Assembly: GCA_902769875.1 (NCBI GenBank)
Contig: CACXQV010000006.1
Location: 11,759 to 75,758 of the forward strand
DNA length: 64,000 bases
Direction of reading: 5' to 3'
Source: an uncultured Bacteroidia bacterium
GTDB taxonomy: Bacteria; Bacteroidota; Bacteroidia; Bacteroidales; F082
Part shown: one piece after another, positions 25,552 to 34,220 of the stretch
Layout of the letters: every line of letters begins with the position of its first letter
How positions within the stretch are numbered: position 1 is the stretch's first letter
Notes under the pieces: model-generated
Database searches by the model: none
What the model was told of the DNA's origin: nothing
Seen by the model: only the letters and a program-made list of their open reading frames with translations
Program-made: the position numbers and the translations under genes

Positions 25552-26460
25552 ATGATTTTAAACTACATCACTTGGAACGTCGACCCCGTTTTGGTCCAGT
25601 TGGGGTCGTTGCAGATTCGCTGGTATGGCCTGCTGTGGGCAGTGGGCTTTTTCATTGGCTATTTAGTCATGAAGCGGATTTACAAGAAAGAGAGAATGAC
25701 CGATGACTCGTTGGATAAGTTGCTGATTTATATGCTCGTTTTCACTGTCGTTGGGGCGCGTTTGGGGCATTGCTTGTTTTACGAGCCGAAGGTGTACTTG
25801 GCCAATCCCATCTCGATGTTGTATATTTGGGAAGGCGGCCTTGCCAGCCACGGCGGCGCCATCGGCATTTTGATAGGCCTTTGGCTGTATGTGCGCAACT
25901 ACAACAAGTCGAAGAAAGAGAAAGACAATTTGCAGAAAATCAGTTATATCTGGATTCTCGACCGTGTTGTGGTGGCGGTGTGCTTGGTAGGGGCTTTGAT
26001 TCGCGTGGGCAATGTGATGAACCACGAGATTTACGGCACGCCCACTTCGCTGCCTTGGGGCTTCGTCTTTTTGCGCGGCGCGGAGCAGTTTTGCGGCACT
26101 TTCGACAACTACACACCTTGTAACGCATGGGATGCGCCTTGCCCGCCGAGCGAGTGGCTTCCCTGCCACCCGACGGGACTTTACGAGGCCTTTTTCTGCC
26201 TCGTGGCGATGGGCATCCTCCTGTGGATGTACTACAAGCGCGACCTCGGCCACAAGCAGCCCGGCCTGATGTTCGGCACCTTCCTCATCATCATCTTCGG
26301 CTCGCGCATCTGCATCGAGTTCCTGAAGAACGTGCAGGTGGACTTTGAGCGCAACATGGTCTTCGATATGGGTCAATGGCTCAGCATCCCCTTCGTCCTT
26401 GTGGGCATTGGGCTGATTGTTTGGAGTTTTTCCCAAAGGAAAAAAGTGACAAAAGGATAA
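25552..26460 (+). CDS. lgt: prolipoprotein diacylglyceryl transferase
   Basis: 302 aa. Contains IRWYGLLWAVGF, GARLGHCLFYEP and GGLASHGGAIG. Confidence 0.93.
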   Translation: MILNYITWNVDPVLVQLGSLQIRWYGLLWAVGFFIGYLVMKRIYKKERMTDDSLDKLLIYMLVFTVVGARLGHCLFYEPKVYLANPISMLYIWEGGLASHGGAIGILIGLWLYVRNYNKSKKEKDNLQKISYIWILDRVVVAVCLVGALIRVGNVMNHEIYGTPTSLPWGFVFLRGAEQFCGTFDNYTPCNAWDAPCPPSEWLPCHPTGLYEAFFCLVAMGILLWMYYKRDLGHKQPGLMFGTFLIIIFGSRICIEFLKNVQVDFERNMVFDMGQWLSIPFVLVGIGLIVWSFSQRKKVTKG

Positions 26461-26505
26461 AATAAGAGTTTTTCCGTTTTTTTGGCTCCGTTTTTCTGGA
26501 ATTTC

Positions 26506-26513
26506 TATCTTTG
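26506..26513 (+). promoter_or_regulatory. -7 box TATCTTTG upstream of the small peptide/lipoprotein pair
   Basis: TAnnTTTG match about 70 nt before ATG 26586. Confidence 0.45.
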
Positions 26514-26585
26514 CAGTGCCAAGATAAAGATTCGAGGCGAAAACCATTTCCTTAAACTCATTTTATTAACTAATCTTTTTTGCGT

Positions 26586-26762
26586 ATGAAAAAAGCAGTC
26601 AACAGCCCGAAAGGGCAATCCTACGAGGCTCCTATGGCGGAGGTCGTAACAATCGAAAACCAAAGCGTGCTGTGCGCCTCCGGCGGCACTGAGCCAACAC
26701 AAAATGCTACTGGGTCTACTGGTGGTGTTCATTTCGGAATCGATAATGGTAGTTGGGGGTAA
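26586..26762 (+). CDS. small hypothetical peptide (58 aa)
   Basis: MKKAVNSPKGQSYEAPMAEVVTIENQSVLCASGG.... ATG at 26586 (the track start at 26580 is TTG). TATCTTTG promoter box about 70 nt upstream. Confidence 0.4.
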   Translation: MKKAVNSPKGQSYEAPMAEVVTIENQSVLCASGGTEPTQNATGSTGGVHFGIDNGSWG

Positions 26763-26793
26763 TAATGTATAATCCGTTCAAAATCAGAGCAAA

Positions 26794-27648
26794 ATGAAGA
26801 AAATTGTAAGAACGTTGGGGCTGTGTGCCCTTGTGATGTTTGCCGTTGTGTCGTGCAAGAAGAAAGAGGAAAGTGCGGTTATGACTTTCCGCGCCTCCAT
26901 TACCCAACCCACATCCGATGCGAAGACCTATCTCGGTTCCGACCATTACTTGTATTGGAATAGTGGCGATGCCATCAAGGTGTATGCTATTGATGAAAAC
27001 GACACAACATCAGCCGTATTCACCACCCAAGACAATGCTTTGAAAGTGGCCAACTTTAGTGGCAATATCGCCCAGTCTGATAACTATTATGCCTTGTATC
27101 CGGCAGGTATGTTCAGCGACTTTATTGATGATGAAACCCGAATTACTGCAACCGTATCTCCTACCCAGCAGTTTGTTCCAAACGGTATCGCCACCAATGC
27201 TTATCTGATGGCTGCCAAAAATGTTGAACGTTCTTTGGAATTTAAGTTTCAAGGCCTATTCGGTTTGTTGGCCATTCCGATGAAGGGTAATGTCACCATT
27301 GGCAGCATTGAACTGACAGATGCTTGGTTTGATTTGTGGGGCGATGTTCCTTTTAAATTAAATCAATTAAGCTGGGATGACCTAAAGGGAGGCTCGGATT
27401 CCCGTTCCGATCTGAAGACAATAACACTTGAATGTGGGGATGAGGGCTTTACGCTCAGCGAAGAACCTGATACGGCGTACTTTGTCCTTCGGCCTTTGGC
27501 TTGCGCTAATGGTTTCACCATTACTGTAAAAGACTTGGCTGGCGACACACTGCTGACCAAGAGTGCCCCTCAGAATTTTAGCAATGCAATCAAACCCCAG
27601 CGCATTCTTTTGATGCCGGAAATTGAAATCACTGCCAACGAGCCTTGA
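26794..27648 (+). CDS. lipoprotein with fimbrillin/Mfa-like N-terminal pattern
   Basis: Lipobox FAVVSC. Contains TFRASI...YLYWNSGDAIKVY...ANFSG...YYALYP, a pattern common in Bacteroidales fimbrillin-family lipoproteins. Confidence 0.55.
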   Translation: MKKIVRTLGLCALVMFAVVSCKKKEESAVMTFRASITQPTSDAKTYLGSDHYLYWNSGDAIKVYAIDENDTTSAVFTTQDNALKVANFSGNIAQSDNYYALYPAGMFSDFIDDETRITATVSPTQQFVPNGIATNAYLMAAKNVERSLEFKFQGLFGLLAIPMKGNVTIGSIELTDAWFDLWGDVPFKLNQLSWDDLKGGSDSRSDLKTITLECGDEGFTLSEEPDTAYFVLRPLACANGFTITVKDLAGDTLLTKSAPQNFSNAIKPQRILLMPEIEITANEP

Positions 27649-27693
27649 GTTAGAGGGCAATATTATCTTGCGGGTATCTGATTCGCAAGCAAA

Positions 27694-27730
27694 AAAAATC
27701 CGCCGCCAAAGTCGAATTGGCGGCGGATTT
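27694..27730. terminator. bidirectional terminator hairpin
   Basis: AAAATCCGCCGCCAA-agtcga-aTTGGCGGCGGATTTT, between convergent genes. Confidence 0.7.
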
Positions 27731-27751
27731 TCCATTCAGGTGCTATGGGGG

Positions 27752-30700
27752 TCATTCCCCAAAGTAAACAGTGAGATACTCCGTCAAGCGGTCCGAAATC
27801 AGTTGCGCAATCTCTTCGCGCTCGTACTTCTTGGCCACTTCGCCGAAGTGCCTGAGCAGGCTGGCGGCTTCGCCAACCTCTTCCTCGTAGTAGTCCCTGA
27901 ACTTTGGCTTCATGTTGCCGTAATACACCAACTGCTCGCTGTAGTTGTTGACCAACTTCATTATGTAGTCGTCGCCCTTTTCGGTGTCGCCGCAGATGTA
28001 ATACATCTCAGGGAACTGGTAGGTGCGGATTTCGGCGGGGAACTTCTCGTTGGGGAAGAACTCTTGGAATTTGTCCATCACTATCACAGCCGAGTCGAAC
28101 TCGCTATGGTTGACCAAGGCCTGCGCCAAGCGCGAATAGGCCAACTGCGCATATTGGATGTTGCGCACGCTTTCGCGGTCGGGCACCACGCCTTCTTGGT
28201 TCAGGCTGCCCCAGTTGGTGATGCCTTCGTTGGCCTTCGTGACCAACAGGTCGTAGCTGCCTTCGCGATACACGCCGCCATAGCGCTTGAGGTAGTCATC
28301 GGCCACAACGGGGATGAAACGATAGGCCAAGCCTTCCATGTGCAGGTATTTGTCGATGCCCAAGGTGCTCGACATGTCGTTGAACGAGGTGAAATACACC
28401 GGGCGTTCCCAGTTGTTGGTCGCCATGAAGTCCAACAGCATGAGGCCGTTCTTGTAGATGGCACGGCTGTCCTTGATGTCCCATTCGATGACGTCCACGA
28501 TGCGGTCGGCCATGCTTTCAGGCACGATGCCGTTGCGGATGCAGGCTTCCTTGTCGACGGTGAGCTTCACGCTGCGGCAGGGAATGTAATTGTAAGAGCC
28601 TCCGGGATAGCGTTTCACGGCCTTGGGGTTGTGGACAAAGTCGATGACCTGTTTCAGCTCCACGCGCTTGTCCTTGAAATAGTCTTCTTCCTCGATCAAG
28701 ACGGACTCGTTGACGCCGTTGTCATATTCCTTTTGCGACAGGGTGAGCGGCAGTTTCGCCGACTCATACACCTTGCGTCCCATCTGGTGGACGTACCAAT
28801 AGCCTCCCGAAAGCATGTAGTTGCACACGCGCACGTCGGTGCGGAAGCCTTCCACTTCCTGAACGTACCACAAGGGGAAGGTGTCGTTGTCGCCACGGGT
28901 GAAGATGACCGCGTTGGGAGGCAGCTGCGCAAGGTAGTTGCGGGCCCAGTCGCGGGCCGAGGTCTTGCCTGAGCGGTTGTGCTCTTCCCAGCCGTTGGAG
29001 GCCAAGACGCAAGGCACGGCCAAGAAGCAGGCCAAGCCGACGGCAACAGTGGTCACCATGCTGTTTTTCTTGGTCAGTTTGGCTATCCAGTCAATGAGGG
29101 CAATCACGCCGAAGCCAATCCAGATGGCGAAAGCGTAGAACGAGCCTGCATAGCTGTAGTCGCGCTCGCGGGGCTGCTGCGGGGTTTGGTTCAAGTAGAC
29201 GACGATGGCCAATCCCGTAAGGAAGAAGAGCAGGAAGATGATCCAGCTTTGCTTCAAGTCGTGCTTCAGCAGCCAGAACAGGCCGATGAGGCCAAGGATG
29301 AGCGGCAGGAAATAATAGGTGGTGCGGCCCGGATTCTGCAAGCTGGGCGGGATGTTGTCTTGGTCGCCGAGGCGGGCGTTGTCGATGAAGCTGATGCCGC
29401 TGAGCCAGTTGCCGTGGTTGAGTTCGCCTTGGCTCTCGATGTCGTTTTGACGGCCCACGAAGTTCCACATGAAATAGCGCCAATACATCCAATTGCATTG
29501 GTAATCGATGAAGAACTTCAGGTTTTGCCCAAAGGTGGGCTTGTTCACCACTACCGTCTCGCCAAGGTAATTCCTGACGCGCACGTTTTCGCCCACGACA
29601 TTCCCATTGGGGCCTTTGCGATAATTCTCATACGTCGTTGAGTGTGAACCTCTTTGTGTGCTCCACATTCGTGGGAACAAGGTTTTCATCTCGGCGGGAT
29701 ATTCGGGCTTGCTGCGCTTGCCTTCGTCGGTGACCACATATCGGCCAGCCTCTTTGTCCTTGACGTAAACGGGGCCGGCATCAACCCAGTCGGAAACGGG
29801 GGCGTTGTAGTAGGGCCCGTACATCAAAGGCCACTTGCCGTACTGGTCGCGGTTGATGTAAGCCAGCATCGAAAGGGCTTCCTTGGGCTCGTTCTCGTTG
29901 ATGGGCGTGTTGGTGTTGGCCCTGATGATCAGCATGAAGAACGATGAATAGCCGATGAGGATGAACATGAGCGAGAGGATGGCGGTGTTCCAAATCACCT
30001 TGCCGCGTTTGGCTGTGTACCAAAGCCCCCATACGATGAGGCCGATGATGATCGCGAAATACACGATGGAACCCATATTGAAAGGCGCGCCCAAGGTGTT
30101 CACGAAGAACAATTCCATCTTGCCCGCAAGGTTGATGATTTGGGGCACGAGGAACATGTTGAGGAACCACAGCAAGACGAGCGAAATCACGCCAGCGAGG
30201 ACGAAGCCCCAGAATGAGGTCTTTTTCCATTTCTTGAAATAGACCACATACACGATGGCGGGCACGCACAGCAGGTTGAGCAGGTGAACGCCGATGGAAA
30301 GGCCGACGAGGAAAGCGATGAACACGAACCAGCGCAAGCTCCTTGGGTCGTCGGCCACTTGCTCCCATTTCAGGATGGCCCAGAAGGTGACGGCGGTGAA
30401 GAACGACGACATGGCGTAGACCTCGCCCTCAACGGCGTTGAACCAGAACGACTCGGTGAAAGTGTAGGCCACTGCGCCGACGAAACCGGCCAGCAACACA
30501 CCTATTTTATTGACCCACGGCGCGTCTTCGCCTTCTTTCATCCACACTTTGCGGGCAAGCATGGTGATGGTCCAGAAAAGGAATACGATGGTGAGGCCGC
30601 TGCAAACCGCCGACATCACGTTGACCATCATGGCCACCTTGGTGACGTCGCCACCGGCAAAGAGCGAGAAGAACCGCCCAATCATCTGAAACAGCGGCGC

Positions 30701-30856
30701 CCCGGGCGGGTGACCCACTTGCAGTTTGTAAGCCGTTGAAATGTACTCGCCGCAGTCCCACCAGCTCACGGTGGGCTCAAGGGTGAGGAAATACACGATG
30801 GTGGCAATCAAGCCTGCCAACCATCCCGTAATGTTGTTTAACCTTTTGAATGTCAT
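27752..30856 (-). CDS. DUF2723/TMEM260-like polytopic glycosyltransferase-like protein
   Basis: ATG at 30854-30856 (MTFKRLNNITGWLAGLIATIVYFLTLEPTVSWWDCGEY...GHPPGAPLF). The 122 codons upstream in the track are Arg/Pro-rich junk overlapping the next gene. Confidence 0.85.
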   Translation of the reverse strand: MTFKRLNNITGWLAGLIATIVYFLTLEPTVSWWDCGEYISTAYKLQVGHPPGAPLFQMIGRFFSLFAGGDVTKVAMMVNVMSAVCSGLTIVFLFWTITMLARKVWMKEGEDAPWVNKIGVLLAGFVGAVAYTFTESFWFNAVEGEVYAMSSFFTAVTFWAILKWEQVADDPRSLRWFVFIAFLVGLSIGVHLLNLLCVPAIVYVVYFKKWKKTSFWGFVLAGVISLVLLWFLNMFLVPQIINLAGKMELFFVNTLGAPFNMGSIVYFAIIIGLIVWGLWYTAKRGKVIWNTAILSLMFILIGYSSFFMLIIRANTNTPINENEPKEALSMLAYINRDQYGKWPLMYGPYYNAPVSDWVDAGPVYVKDKEAGRYVVTDEGKRSKPEYPAEMKTLFPRMWSTQRGSHSTTYENYRKGPNGNVVGENVRVRNYLGETVVVNKPTFGQNLKFFIDYQCNWMYWRYFMWNFVGRQNDIESQGELNHGNWLSGISFIDNARLGDQDNIPPSLQNPGRTTYYFLPLILGLIGLFWLLKHDLKQSWIIFLLFFLTGLAIVVYLNQTPQQPRERDYSYAGSFYAFAIWIGFGVIALIDWIAKLTKKNSMVTTVAVGLACFLAVPCVLASNGWEEHNRSGKTSARDWARNYLAQLPPNAVIFTRGDNDTFPLWYVQEVEGFRTDVRVCNYMLSGGYWYVHQMGRKVYESAKLPLTLSQKEYDNGVNESVLIEEEDYFKDKRVELKQVIDFVHNPKAVKRYPGGSYNYIPCRSVKLTVDKEACIRNGIVPESMADRIVDVIEWDIKDSRAIYKNGLMLLDFMATNNWERPVYFTSFNDMSSTLGIDKYLHMEGLAYRFIPVVADDYLKRYGGVYREGSYDLLVTKANEGITNWGSLNQEGVVPDRESVRNIQYAQLAYSRLAQALVNHSEFDSAVIVMDKFQEFFPNEKFPAEIRTYQFPEMYYICGDTEKGDDYIMKLVNNYSEQLVYYGNMKPKFRDYYEEEVGEAASLLRHFGEVAKKYEREEIAQLISDRLTEYLTVYFGE

Positions 30857-30894
30857 AATGATGTTTGGATTTCTTGTTGTTATTGTCTGAGGCT

Positions 30895-31578
30895 TTATCT
30901 CTTGACGGTCGTTTGGATGTCTTTTTCGCGGGCGGGTGTCTCTTGGTCTTGCATGTACTCTGCCCTGTATTTGCCTTGAGGGATGTCTTCGAAAATGAAC
31001 TGGTTGCACATTCGGGCGGCCACGATGTGGTCGGTCAGGGCCGTGTTGATGGCCGAGACGGCAATGTTGGCCAACGCTCCGGCAATGCCTCCACCGTAAT
31101 AGTTGTCGTCCGACAGGTTGAGGTAGAGGTCGCAGGTGCGGTCGAACAGCACCTCGTTGGAGCGCGTCGACTTCACGATGTAGGTTATCTTGGTTTCGAT
31201 GCCGAAGCCTTTCTTTTTCCATTCGTCAATCACGGAGAAGATGACCGCATCGGCGCCAAACACCTTGCCGAACATGCCCACATTGCCTTCGATGAAGTTC
31301 TCGGCATCGTAGGCGCTCTCGGCCTTGAAGATTTCCATGGCCAAGTGGGGCGAAATCACGTAATAGCCCGCTTCGGCCAACGGCTTGCTGATGGAAGTGT
31401 AAAGCAAATCCTTGGCTTCCACGTTGTTGGAGTTATTGATGGGTGGCATGACCAACAGGGCTACGGGCTTCGCTTCATACATTTTGGGATACAACTCGCC
31501 GCGTGTGTGCGACATGGTGTTGCATGAGGCAAACAATAGTGCGCAAGCTGCAATCAGGATGATGTTGGACTTTTTCAT
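30895..31578 (-). CDS. DUF799 (GNA1162-like) lipoprotein
   Basis: Lipobox LFASC. Contains KPVALLVMPPINNSNNVEAKD...GYYVISP. Confidence 0.8.
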   Translation of the reverse strand: MKKSNIILIAACALLFASCNTMSHTRGELYPKMYEAKPVALLVMPPINNSNNVEAKDLLYTSISKPLAEAGYYVISPHLAMEIFKAESAYDAENFIEGNVGMFGKVFGADAVIFSVIDEWKKKGFGIETKITYIVKSTRSNEVLFDRTCDLYLNLSDDNYYGGGIAGALANIAVSAINTALTDHIVAARMCNQFIFEDIPQGKYRAEYMQDQETPAREKDIQTTVKR

Positions 31579-31581
31579 GGC

Positions 31582-32043
31582 TTATTGTTGGCTGAGTTTT
31601 TTGACAAGGGGTTCGATGAAAACGGTGGATTCGGGGTACAATTCCATTTCCTTTTGGAACATTTGCAGCCCTTTTTCCCTGAACAGGGCGCCATAGTCGC
31701 CTGCCGTGCCGAAAGTTTCCTTTTGGCTTCGGGTGGCGTGGTTGAGGAAGGTGTTCGGGGTTTCGGGGCTGAGGAGCAGGTAGCCATACTCGGCGCAAAT
31801 GCCGGGAGGCACCACTTTGCGCAACCCGCCCGGGTGGGTCACCATGTATTCGTATTGGCAAATCAGGGCGCAAACGCTTTCGGGGCTTTGCGTGTGATAG
31901 TTGTCGTAGAGCAAGGCCTCATATTCCGAGGCGTTTTTGCTGCTGCTGTTTTTGCCCCAGTTGTACAGCATATAGCGTGGCTCGCCGCATGAGCAGAAAA
32001 CCAACGCTATGCCTATCAGGACAAGCAGTCTCTTCGTTTTCAT
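31582..32043 (-). CDS. DUF4810-like lipoprotein
   Basis: Lipobox VFCSC. Contains YNWG...YEALLY. ATGA overlap with the upstream gene (32040-32043). Confidence 0.7.
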   Translation of the reverse strand: MKTKRLLVLIGIALVFCSCGEPRYMLYNWGKNSSSKNASEYEALLYDNYHTQSPESVCALICQYEYMVTHPGGLRKVVPPGICAEYGYLLLSPETPNTFLNHATRSQKETFGTAGDYGALFREKGLQMFQKEMELYPESTVFIEPLVKKLSQQ

Positions 32044-32387
32044 AACTCGATGATTTTGATGTCGCCGGTCGAGAGCATCACTTCCTTTGAATACACCTTT
32101 TCGCCGTTGCGGGTCACTTCCACCTTGTGGCGGCCCGGCGTGGTCTTGATGGCACGGTTGGCCGTGCGCTTGATGTCGCGGCGTGTCTTGTGGGCGATGT
32201 CTTTGACGGTGGTCGTGGTGTATTGTTGCCCGTCGATGGTGACATCAATGTCGTAGGCTGATGAGGCCGAGAAGCAGATGGCGGCCTTGTCCTCAACGCC
32301 CGAAGTGACGGTGTAGTTGCCTACGCCACAGGAGTTGAACAGTGTGGCGACAAAAAGGCAAAGGGTGGCAATAATGATTTTCTTCAT
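32040..32387 (-). CDS. small lipoprotein, unknown function
   Basis: Lipobox LFNSC. 115 aa, beta-rich. Confidence 0.6.
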   Translation of the reverse strand: MKKIIIATLCLFVATLFNSCGVGNYTVTSGVEDKAAICFSASSAYDIDVTIDGQQYTTTTVKDIAHKTRRDIKRTANRAIKTTPGRHKVEVTRNGEKVYSKEVMLSTGDIKIIEL

Positions 32388-32390
32388 GGC

Positions 32391-33269
32391 TTATTCCTCC
32401 AATAAATAGTAAAGTTCAAGATGGTCTTCGTCAAGTTTTTCGCCTTCGTAGGTGGCAAACGAGATTTCGGTTTCGGGCGTGTCGCCGTAGTTTGAAACCA
32501 CTGTGATTTCGCCCATTCTCTTGCCGGGCAGTTCCACGTTGGCGCCGGTTTGCGGGTTGCTCACCATTTTGCCTTTTTTGTAAAGGCCGAACTTGCTGCC
32601 GGGAGTGATGCCTTGGGTTGCGCCGCCCGAAATGACGTAGCTGTCGTCGTCGACGGTCAGCACATAGCCGCGCCAAGGCTTGTCCATGCACTTGTTGATG
32701 ATGTTTTCGACCAATTGGGTGAGGGCAGCCGAAATGGCCTTGTCGCTCAGCGTGGCGTCGAAGCCGGCGGTGCCGCCAAGGCCCAAGGTTGTCTTCGACG
32801 AGGTTTCGGCTTGGCCTTTGGCTTCGTCGGAATAGATGATGAGGCCCGTGGACGCATCAACGAGGCGCACGTTCACGGCTGCCTCGACGGTTTGGGTCTT
32901 CGTGGTGCTGAAAATCCTCTCGTCGCCTTCGGTCTTGCGCCCGAATTGGGTGATGGAGCCAAGGATGATGTAGTCGGCGCCGATTTTCTTCATGTCGGCA
33001 CCCGATTCCTGCATGAGGACGTCAAGGTCGTCGCGCTCGAGCAGGATGAACTTGCCGCTGGCGGCCAGTTTCGACGAAAGGATGTCCATCGCCTGCTTGC
33101 GCATAGGGTCGTTCTCACGGTCGTAGAAGATGCCTTTCCCGTATTGGGTTTCGTTGGTGAAGCGGCCGATGGCCACCTTTCTTTTCAGGGTCTTGCCTTC
33201 TTGGGCGCTCGCGGTGGTGCCGAAAACGGCCAACAGCACGAGGATTGCAATTAATCTGATGTTTTTCAT
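32391..33269 (-). CDS. CsgG/HfaB family outer-membrane channel lipoprotein
   Basis: Contains KVAIGRFTNETQYGKG...AMDILSSKLAASGKFILLERDDLDVLMQE. Confidence 0.85.
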   Translation of the reverse strand: MKNIRLIAILVLLAVFGTTASAQEGKTLKRKVAIGRFTNETQYGKGIFYDRENDPMRKQAMDILSSKLAASGKFILLERDDLDVLMQESGADMKKIGADYIILGSITQFGRKTEGDERIFSTTKTQTVEAAVNVRLVDASTGLIIYSDEAKGQAETSSKTTLGLGGTAGFDATLSDKAISAALTQLVENIINKCMDKPWRGYVLTVDDDSYVISGGATQGITPGSKFGLYKKGKMVSNPQTGANVELPGKRMGEITVVSNYGDTPETEISFATYEGEKLDEDHLELYYLLEE

Positions 33270-33321
33270 CTGTTTATGAATTAATGATTATGAAATTTGT
33301 CTGATGGTTTGTTCAAATCGG

Positions 33322-33329
33322 CAAAGATA
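33322..33329 (-). promoter_or_regulatory. -7 box TATCTTTG upstream of the csgG-like operon
   Basis: The minus strand reads GGCTATCTTTGCCG. About 50 nt before ATG 33269. Confidence 0.5.
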
Positions 33330-33454
33330 GCCATTTTTGTGTTACGCAGCCCTCAAAAAAGCGCAAAACCTTCCGAAAAATCCATTTGGAACAGGAAAAT
33401 GGAATTTTTTTGAAAAAAATCGAAAAAAATGCTTGCGCGTAACGAAATTAGTTG

Positions 33455-33462
33455 TACTTTTG
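33455..33462 (+). promoter_or_regulatory. -7 box TACTTTTG upstream of tRNA-Gln
   Basis: TAnnTTTG match 24 nt before the tRNA 5' end. Confidence 0.5.
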
Positions 33463-33485
33463 CAGCCGCATTCGGAAACGAATGA

Positions 33486-33556
33486 TGTCGAGTGGTGTAA
33501 TGGCAGCACTGCAGATTTTGGTTCTGCCTGTCAAGGTTCGAATCCTTGCTCGACAA
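33486..33556 (+). tRNA. tRNA-Gln (anticodon TTG)
   Basis: Hand-folded cloverleaf. Acceptor TGTCGAG/CTCGACA, D stem GTGT/GCAC, anticodon stem GCAGA/TCTGC with loop TTTTGGT, T arm CAAGG-TTCGAAT-CCTTG. 71 nt, no encoded CCA. Confidence 0.9.
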
Positions 33557-33571
33557 CTTGAGGTGGAAGAA

Positions 33572-33606
33572 AAGACCTGCTACTTTGAGTAACAGGTCTT
33601 TTTGTT
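33572..33606 (+). terminator. terminator after tRNA-Gln
   Basis: AAGACCTGCTAC-tttga-GTAACAGGTCTT followed by TTTGTTT. Confidence 0.65.
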
Positions 33607-33654
33607 TGAAGTTTGGAATCTTATAATATTGAATTTTAAATCATTGACTGTCAA

Positions 33655-34110
33655 ATGATTACAAAAGAACAAGTTGCAATCCTCTGTGAAGAGGCCCTCC
33701 AAGGCTCCGACCGCTTCCTCGTGGAAGTGAAGGTGAAGCCCAACAACGTGATTGAAGTCTATGTCGACTCCGACACGGCTGTCAACATTGACCACTGCGC
33801 CGAATTGAGCCGTTTCATCAACGAAAAGCTCGACCGCGATGTGGAGGATTATGAGCTGAGCGTGCTTTCGTGGGGGCTTTCGGGTGCCTTGAAGATGGAC
33901 CGGCAGTTGCAGAAATATGTGGGCAAGGACGTGGAAGTGAAAACGAAGGAGTTGGGCAAAGTGCAAGGAAAGTTGGTGAGCTTCGATGCCGAGAAGGTGG
34001 AATTTGCCCCCGTGCCCAAGAAATCATCAAGGAAGAAACCCGCCGAGGAACCCGTCAACCTGTTCTTCGAGCGCAAAAAGGCCGAAATCAAACCCGCAAT
34101 AATCTTTTAG
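33655..34110 (+). CDS. rimP: ribosome maturation factor RimP
   Basis: 151 aa. Position upstream of nusA-infB, and LVEVKVKPNNVIEVYVDSD pattern. Confidence 0.88.
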   Translation: MITKEQVAILCEEALQGSDRFLVEVKVKPNNVIEVYVDSDTAVNIDHCAELSRFINEKLDRDVEDYELSVLSWGLSGALKMDRQLQKYVGKDVEVKTKELGKVQGKLVSFDAEKVEFAPVPKKSSRKKPAEEPVNLFFERKKAEIKPAIIF

Positions 34111-34220
34111 GACGGCCCTTCGGCAGGCTCTGGGCTCTGCAAAAAATGCTGTGCCCGAAGTATCGAAGGCCTCCCGAACCAACAATTCAACGATTAAACA
34201 ATAAACAATCAACATAAAAA

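Noticed and set aside
30857-31222. N-terminal extension of the DUF2723 ORF (the track gives 1156 aa starting at 31222).
   Set aside because: The extension is Arg/Pro/His-rich junk and overlaps the well-supported DUF799 gene. The conserved family N-terminus starts at the ATG at 30856.
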